NCBI GenBank assembly: GCA_031372565.1
Contig: JANMLN010000177.1
Span: 1 to 57,822, forward strand
DNA from: Gemmatimonadota bacterium
GTDB taxonomy: Bacteria; Gemmatimonadota; Gemmatimonadetes; Gemmatimonadales; Gemmatimonadaceae
Direction of reading: 5' to 3'
DNA length: 57,822 nt
Position 1 is the stretch's first letter. Every line of letters starts with the position of its first letter. The translations under genes and the position numbers were made by a program. Of the stretch, positions 48,457 through 57,822 are shown one piece after another. The notes under the pieces are model-generated. The model saw only the letters and a list, made by a program, of their open reading frames with translations. It was not told the origin of the DNA and searched no databases.

Positions 48457-49968
48457 ATGCGGATTGTGGTCATCGGGTCTGGCTTCGGCGGACTTGCCGC
48501 TGCAGTACGACTGCAGGTGATGGGTCACGAGGTGACGATCGTCGAGCAGCGTGACAAGCCCGGTGGCCGCGCGTATGTCTACGAGCAGGACGGCTTCACG
48601 TTCGACGGCGGCCCGACCATCATCACGGCGCCGCAGCTGATCGAGGAACTGTTCGCGCTCGCGGGGCGGCAGGTCTCCGACTACGTGCAGATCGTGCCGG
48701 TGAGCCCGTTCTACAACATCCGGTTCGAAGACGGATCGGTGTTCAACTACACGGGCGAGCAGGCGCAGGTCGAGTCCGAGGTCTCGCGCTTCAATCCGGA
48801 CGACCTCGCCGGGTACCGCCGATTCCGCACCAAGACGGCGGACATCTTCGCGACCGGCTTCGGCATGATCGACAAGCCGTTCCTCACGCTCGGCAGCTTT
48901 GCCAAGATCCTGCCGGACCTGGTGCGACTGCGTTCCGACCGCTCGGTCGCGACGTTCGTGAACAAGTACATCAAGGACGAGCGCCTGCGTCAGGTGTTCT
49001 CGTTCCATCCGCTCCTCGTGGGCGGCAATCCGTTCCGTGCGACCAGCATCTACGCCCTGATCCACCACCTGGAGCAGAAGTGGGGGGTCTGGTTCGCGAT
49101 GGGCGGCATGGGGGCGCTGGTGCGTGCGTTGGTGCAGCTGTTCGAGGAACTGGGCGGCACGATCCGGTTGTCGACGCCGGCCCGCGAGATCCTCATCAAC
49201 CCCACGTCAAAGCGCGCCACGGGGGTTCGCCTCGACGGAAACGAAGTGCTCTCGGCCGACGTCGTCATTTCCAACGGCGACGTGGCAGACACCTACATGC
49301 GCCTCGTGCCGCCGCAGTACCGGGAGAAGAACACCGACGCCTATCTCGAAGGGCTCGATTACTCGATGTCGCTGTTCGTGATCTACTTCGGTACCAACCG
49401 GAAGTACGAGAACGTGGCGCACCACGAGATTCTGCTCGGTCCGCGGTACCGGGGGTTGCTCGAAGACATCTTCAAGCGCAAGGTTCTGGCCAAGGACTTC
49501 TCGCTGTACCTGCACCGCCCCACGGCAACGGATCCGTCGCTCGCCCCGGAGGGGTGCGATGCGTTCTACGTCTTGTCGCCCGTGCCGCACCTGGGGGGCA
49601 AGACGGATTGGACCACGGCGGCACAGCCGTATCGGGACGCGATCATGGAGTATCTGGAGGAGCGCTACTTGCCCAACCTGCGGCAGCACATCGTGACGGA
49701 GCACCGGATCGATCCGTTGCACTTCCGGGACGTGTTGACGAGCCACGTGGGGAGCGCCTTCTCGGTCGAGCCCACGCTGACACAGAGCGCGTGGATGCGG
49801 CCGCACAATCGCAGTGAAGACATTCCGAACCTGTACTTTGCTGGCGCAGGGACGCATCCGGGTGCGGGGATTCCGGGGGTGCTCTCGAGTGGCAAGACGA
49901 CGGCGGAACTGATCGGCCCGGAGCGCAACCCGCGCCGCAAGCCGGTCGTGGAAGGCGCACTGCGATGA
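48457..49968 (+). CDS. crtI: Phytoene desaturase, copy B
   Basis: GSGFGGLAAA.RL, GFTFDGGPTIITAP, FSFHPLLVGGNPF, SIYALIH.LE, GAGTHPGAGIPGV; follows crtB. Confidence 0.96.
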   Translation: MRIVVIGSGFGGLAAAVRLQVMGHEVTIVEQRDKPGGRAYVYEQDGFTFDGGPTIITAPQLIEELFALAGRQVSDYVQIVPVSPFYNIRFEDGSVFNYTGEQAQVESEVSRFNPDDLAGYRRFRTKTADIFATGFGMIDKPFLTLGSFAKILPDLVRLRSDRSVATFVNKYIKDERLRQVFSFHPLLVGGNPFRATSIYALIHHLEQKWGVWFAMGGMGALVRALVQLFEELGGTIRLSTPAREILINPTSKRATGVRLDGNEVLSADVVISNGDVADTYMRLVPPQYREKNTDAYLEGLDYSMSLFVIYFGTNRKYENVAHHEILLGPRYRGLLEDIFKRKVLAKDFSLYLHRPTATDPSLAPEGCDAFYVLSPVPHLGGKTDWTTAAQPYRDAIMEYLEERYLPNLRQHIVTEHRIDPLHFRDVLTSHVGSAFSVEPTLTQSAWMRPHNRSEDIPNLYFAGAGTHPGAGIPGVLSSGKTTAELIGPERNPRRKPVVEGALR

Positions 49969-50906
49969 CCGCCGGGGTGATGGCTGGCACCTCGCGTACC
50001 GATCGCGCGGGTTGGATCGTGCTCGGCGTGCATGCGACCTTCGTCTTCTTCGGCACGCTCGCGCTCGTCACGATCCTCGCCGGCGAGTTCCCGACCTTCA
50101 TGAAGACCGCCTACACGGCGGACGTGTTCCGGCTGAGTTGGAAGTTCACCGGCCCGACACTGGTCGTCCTCGGGTGCCTCGCGGCCATTCTGCACTCGGT
50201 GCCGCGCCTGGGTGCCCGCACGGCATTGCTGCTCTTTGTCGTGGCCACGGGCGTCGCGCTCGCGAGCGAGCTCGCCGGCACCAATGTCGGACTGCCGTTC
50301 GGACCATATCACTACACCGAGATGCTCGGGTTCCGGATCAACGGCGATGTGCCGTTTCCGATTCCGATCTCCTGGTACTACATGCTGTACGGCTCGCTGG
50401 CGATCTGCGGTCGCGTGATGAGCGCCGATGATTCGAGCGGGTCGCGCTGGCGCTGGGCGATTGCCGCGGGGTTCATCCTCACGGCGTGGGACATCGCGCA
50501 GGACCCGGCCATGACGGCCGTGCAGCCGGTGCACTGGGCATGGGATTTCGCCCGCGTCCCGGCGTGGGTGCCCGGGTGGCTGACGCATCCTTTCTTCTAC
50601 GGCATGCCGATCTCCAACTGGATCGGTTGGGTGGTGACGGGCGCGCTCATTGCGCGGCTGATGCTGGCGATCGTGCCGCCGACGATCTGGCGTGATCGTA
50701 TCGCGCCGTCGGCGCTCCCGCTCGTGCTGTACGCCCTGAACGGCGTGATGCCGATCGCGATGTGCGCACGGCATGGCATGTACTGGGCCGCGGGGCTCGG
50801 CCTGTTGGGGATGGGGCTTCCACTCGCGCTGGCCGTCCGCGGGCGCGGCGCAGAAGCGCCGGCCCGGTCCGTGAGTGGCGGCGCACTGGCGCTCTCCGGT
50901 GATTAG
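49965..50906 (+). CDS. cruF: Carotenoid biosynthesis membrane protein (CruF/DUF422), copy B
   Basis: EL.GT..GLPFGPY.Y...LG, VPF.IP.SW, WD...DPAM, FYGMP.SNW.GW; ATGA overlap with crtI. Confidence 0.85.
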   Translation: MTAGVMAGTSRTDRAGWIVLGVHATFVFFGTLALVTILAGEFPTFMKTAYTADVFRLSWKFTGPTLVVLGCLAAILHSVPRLGARTALLLFVVATGVALASELAGTNVGLPFGPYHYTEMLGFRINGDVPFPIPISWYYMLYGSLAICGRVMSADDSSGSRWRWAIAAGFILTAWDIAQDPAMTAVQPVHWAWDFARVPAWVPGWLTHPFFYGMPISNWIGWVVTGALIARLMLAIVPPTIWRDRIAPSALPLVLYALNGVMPIAMCARHGMYWAAGLGLLGMGLPLALAVRGRGAEAPARSVSGGALALSGD

Positions 50907-51207
50907 CGACGCCACGCCAATCGTCCTGCTGCTCCTGCTCGCGGGAGTCGGCGTAGAGGTGGGCGGTGTGCTCATCTTCCGGACGCTGACCGGACACGGC
51001 CCACGGCCCTCGAAGCTTCTCGCATTCGGCGCGTCCGGCATTTTTCTCGGCTTCTCGATGTTTCTGGCGCACATCGGCGCCAACATCGTGCTTGTGCTGG
51101 GCGTCTTCGCGTTGGGGTTTCTGGCGTACAGCTGGCATCTCTGGCAGATCTGCAAGCGGCACTGGCTGGAGTGGCAGCGGCGGCAACGCGACGACACCCG
51201 GCGCTGA
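50899..51207 (+). CDS. Small 3-TM hypothetical membrane protein
   Basis: GTG start overlapping the cruF end; hydrophobic segments; H...L.QI..R.W tail. Confidence 0.65.
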   Translation: MISDATPIVLLLLLAGVGVEVGGVLIFRTLTGHGPRPSKLLAFGASGIFLGFSMFLAHIGANIVLVLGVFALGFLAYSWHLWQICKRHWLEWQRRQRDDTRR

Positions 51208-51365
51208 GGGGGCTCGGCTCGTCGGAGGCTGCCGGCCGCGACGAGATGCCGAGGCTGCGAGGAGGTCGCCGCGTCGGTCCTGCCTACCCGTGAGACCACC
51301 GGCGGACGCCCGCTGCTACCGCGGGGACCAATCCGGCGTGCAACGGGGTTATCTTTCCTACCCTT

Positions 51366-52604
51366 ATGGACATTACCGTCACCCCCAAGAAGACCGAAGG
51401 CGTCGAGCGCCTCCTGCAGGTCACCGTCCCGGTTGCGGACGTGAAGGCCGCTGAGGAACGCACCGCCCGTCGGTACGCCAGCAAGGCCCGTATTCCGGGC
51501 TTCCGCGCCGGGAAGGCCCCGGCCGCGATGGTGCGCAAGCAGTTTGCCGCCCAGATCCGTCAGGAGACCATCGAGACCGTTGTCCAGGAGGCCTACAAGG
51601 CCGTCCTGGAACAGGAGAAGCTCCAGCCGATCGCGCAGCCGCACATCCACGACCTGACGTTCAACGACGGCGAACCCCTGTCGTTCGAGCTGCACGTCGA
51701 GGTGCGGCCGGAGATCGTGCTCGAGAAGCTCACGGGCTTTGCCGTGACGCGCACCGTCAAGCCGGTGACCGAGAGCGATATCGACACCCAACTCGAGCAG
51801 CTGCGCGACGAGCGTGCGACGTGGTCCCCGGTCACCGACAAGCCGCTGCCCGGCGATCAGGTCACGGTCGAACTCGCGACGACCGGCGATACGGGCACCA
51901 TGGGCGAACTCAAGGAGTACCGCCTTGAGCTCGGCAGCGGTCAGGCGATTGCCGGCATCGAAGAGCTGATCATGGAGGCCTTGCCGGGCGAGACCGTCGA
52001 ACGCACGGTGAAGTGGCCCGACGACTTCCCGAACGAAGCCGAACGCGGCAAGAGCAAGCTCGCACGCGCGACGCTCCGGGACGTGAAGCGGAAGTCGGCC
52101 CCTGCCCTCGATGACGCCTTCGCGCGCGAGATCGGCGACTTCGAAACGCTGGCGGCGCTGCGCACCACGGTCGAGGCCGACCTGAAGCGGCATGCCGATA
52201 TCGATGCCGACGCCGAATGGCGTTCGTCGCTGCTCGAGCAGGTGATCGCGGCCAATCCGTTCGACGTGCCGAACGCCTGGGTGGCGCAGTTGGTCGAGGG
52301 ATACGCGCAGATGTACAACATCCCGGAGGCGGAGCAGGCCAAGTTTGCGGGCGAGTTCCGTCCGCTCGCAGAGCGACAGGTGCGTCGCGACTTGGTCGTG
52401 GAGACGCTGGCCGCTCGCGAACAGCTGGCGGCGACCGAGGCCGATATTGATGCCAAGGTCGACGAGCTGGCCAAGGCACGCGGGACCGACACGGGCAAGT
52501 TGTATGCGTCGCTCGAGAAGGCCGGCCGTCTGCGTGAGATCGAGCGCCAGATCACGGAGGACCGGGTCTTCGCCTGGCTGCGCGAGAAGAACCCGGCGGC
52601 GTAA
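51366..52604 (+). CDS. tig: Trigger factor
   Basis: Ribosome-binding [19 protein letters not shown]-like core, LDDAFA; precedes clpP. Confidence 0.96.
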   Translation: MDITVTPKKTEGVERLLQVTVPVADVKAAEERTARRYASKARIPGFRAGKAPAAMVRKQFAAQIRQETIETVVQEAYKAVLEQEKLQPIAQPHIHDLTFNDGEPLSFELHVEVRPEIVLEKLTGFAVTRTVKPVTESDIDTQLEQLRDERATWSPVTDKPLPGDQVTVELATTGDTGTMGELKEYRLELGSGQAIAGIEELIMEALPGETVERTVKWPDDFPNEAERGKSKLARATLRDVKRKSAPALDDAFAREIGDFETLAALRTTVEADLKRHADIDADAEWRSSLLEQVIAANPFDVPNAWVAQLVEGYAQMYNIPEAEQAKFAGEFRPLAERQVRRDLVVETLAAREQLAATEADIDAKVDELAKARGTDTGKLYASLEKAGRLREIERQITEDRVFAWLREKNPAA

Positions 52605-52660
52605 GCCGTCGAGCAATTGTCACATTCCTGATGTCTTCACTCCCGCACCCTGTGCCACCC

Positions 52661-53278
52661 ATGGCAAGCATCTACGCCCCCTACGTGATCGAGCGGTCGA
52701 GCCGCGGCGAGCGCACGTACGACGTGTTCTCCCGCTTGCTGATGGACCGGATCGTCTTTCTGGGTACGCCCATCAATGACGATGTCGCGAACATCATCAT
52801 CGCTCAACTGCTCTTCCTGCAGGCCGATAATCCGGAGCGGGACATTCACTTGTACATCAATTCGCCGGGCGGCAGTGTGAGCGCCGGGCTGGCGATTTAT
52901 GACACCATGCAGTTCCTGACGGCGCCGGTGAACACGATTTGCATGGGGATGGCAGCCTCGATGGGTGCGTTCCTGCTGGCCGCGGGACGGGCCGGTCGGC
53001 GTTCTGCCTTGCCCCATGCGCGCGTCATGATCCACCAGCCCTCCGGCGGGACGCAGGGCACCGCGGCCGACATCGAGATTCAGGCCAAGGAGATTCTCTA
53101 CCTGCGCGGCAAGATGAACGAGTTGATGGCCAAGCACACGGGGCGCCCGCTCGAGCAGATCGAGCGCGACGTGGAGCGCGACAAGTTCATGGGTGCCGAG
53201 GATGCGCGGGCCTACGGCATCATCGACAACATCGTGACGTCCCAGACCGAGGTCGGGACCAAGCCCGCCGCCATCTGA
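52661..53278 (+). CDS. clpP: ATP-dependent Clp protease proteolytic subunit
   Basis: [39 protein letters not shown]. Confidence 0.98.
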   Translation: MASIYAPYVIERSSRGERTYDVFSRLLMDRIVFLGTPINDDVANIIIAQLLFLQADNPERDIHLYINSPGGSVSAGLAIYDTMQFLTAPVNTICMGMAASMGAFLLAAGRAGRRSALPHARVMIHQPSGGTQGTAADIEIQAKEILYLRGKMNELMAKHTGRPLEQIERDVERDKFMGAEDARAYGIIDNIVTSQTEVGTKPAAI

Positions 53279-53384
53279 CCCGCGCTCCCTTCGGCGCACT
53301 TCGCTTGACCCCCCGTGGGGCCGGTGGTAGCCTACCACCAACCCCCGGGGTTTCCTCGGCTGCCTTCGCGTGAGTGTGACCACC

Positions 53385-54647
<1,263 letters not shown>

Positions 54648-54665
54648 GGCGGTTAGATTAGGGGC

Positions 54666-57079
<2,414 letters not shown>

Positions 57080-57080
<1 letters not shown>

Positions 57081-57757
57081 TGGTCGACGGAGCAGACCCG
57101 CTCGTCATCCGGTCGCTCGACTTTCTGGGCGGGATGGCCGCACCCGGTGGCTGGCGTCCCGATCCCATCATGCCCGAGGTCGCGTTCGCCGGTCGGTCGA
57201 ATGTCGGGAAGTCGAGCCTGATCAATCGCCTGGTCCGCCGGAAGGCGTTCGCGCGCGTGAGCAACACCCCGGGCCGGACGCGCGAGATCAACTTCTTCGA
57301 GGTGAACAAGCGCTTCACGCTCGTCGACTTGCCGGGGTACGGCTATGCGAAGGTGAGCAAGACGGCCAAGGCGACCTGGCGACCGCTCATCGAGGGCTAC
57401 CTGAGTGGCACGCCAGTGCTCGCCGGTGTGGTGCAGCTGCTGGATGCGCGGCATGCGCCCACCGACGACGACCTGCAGATGCTCGACTTCCTCGCGGAGC
57501 TGGCCTGCCCCGTGATCGTCGTGCTGACCAAGGTGGACAAGCTCGGGGTGCGCGAGCGGCTGGAACGGGTGCAGTCGCTCACTATCCAGCTGCAGCTGGA
57601 TGACGAACAGGTGGTGCCGTTCAGCGCCCGCACGGCCGAAGGGCGCGACGAGTTGGCACGGGCGGTGGTGCAGATCGTGGAGGGGCACCAGCTGCCGGCG
57701 CCCGACGTGCCCCCGCCGTTGACCTGCGCGCAGCGAAGGACCTCCCTGTCGTCCTGA
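57080..57757 (+). CDS. engB: Ribosome biogenesis GTP-binding protein EngB/YihA/YsxC
   Basis: GRSNVGKSSLIN, S.TPGRT, DLPGYGYA, TKVDK. The 3' end runs into the REP-like repeat, which supplies TGA. Confidence 0.96.
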
Positions 57758-57822
57758 GCGCAGCGAAGGACCTGCTTCTCCCGGAGCACCACCGCGCAAG
57801 CAGGTCCTTCGCTGCGCTCAGG
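57718..57822. repeat. REP-like cluster: degenerate copy, full copy and inverted copy (cut by the window end)
   Basis: Copies begin at 57718 (3 mismatches in 26 nt) and 57748; inverted AAGCAGGTCCTTCGCTGCGCTCAGG at 57798-57822. Confidence 0.93.

Overview
High-GC bacterial chromosomal segment, most likely Gemmatimonadota (inferred from gene content and protein style; not checked against a database). It contains about 52 CDSs, one probable gene remnant and tRNA-Leu(TAG). In order: a partial PQQ/heme-c alcohol dehydrogenase carrying a lanthanide-type D-x-D motif; apaG and hypotheticals; a cytochrome P450 convergent with a cruF-crtI-DUF2306 carotenoid unit; two tandem lipoprotein cyclophilins; paaK, a second PQQ dehydrogenase and hydrolases; nucleoside salvage genes (pnp, add, udk). 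These abut a ~19 kb phosphate supercluster: phoB-phoR, TonB-dependent receptor, two lipoproteins, pstSCAB-B, phoU, ppx, then convergent ppk1, pit and DUF47. After that come an S9 peptidase, a rhomboid, dnaK, degP, the tRNA, a second carotenoid unit (crtB-crtI-cruF) and tig-clpP-clpX-lon-engB. Non-coding highlights are a REP-like repeat family that always begins right at stop codons (including a 4x40 bp tandem array and a copy supplying the engB stop), GTNAC-N6 11-bp-periodic Pho-box-like sites at four promoters of the phosphate cluster, a TGT-N12-ACA box upstream of crtB, and a non-CIRCE palindrome upstream of dnaK. No CRISPR array, transposase or prophage was seen. All product calls come from motif recognition by eye.
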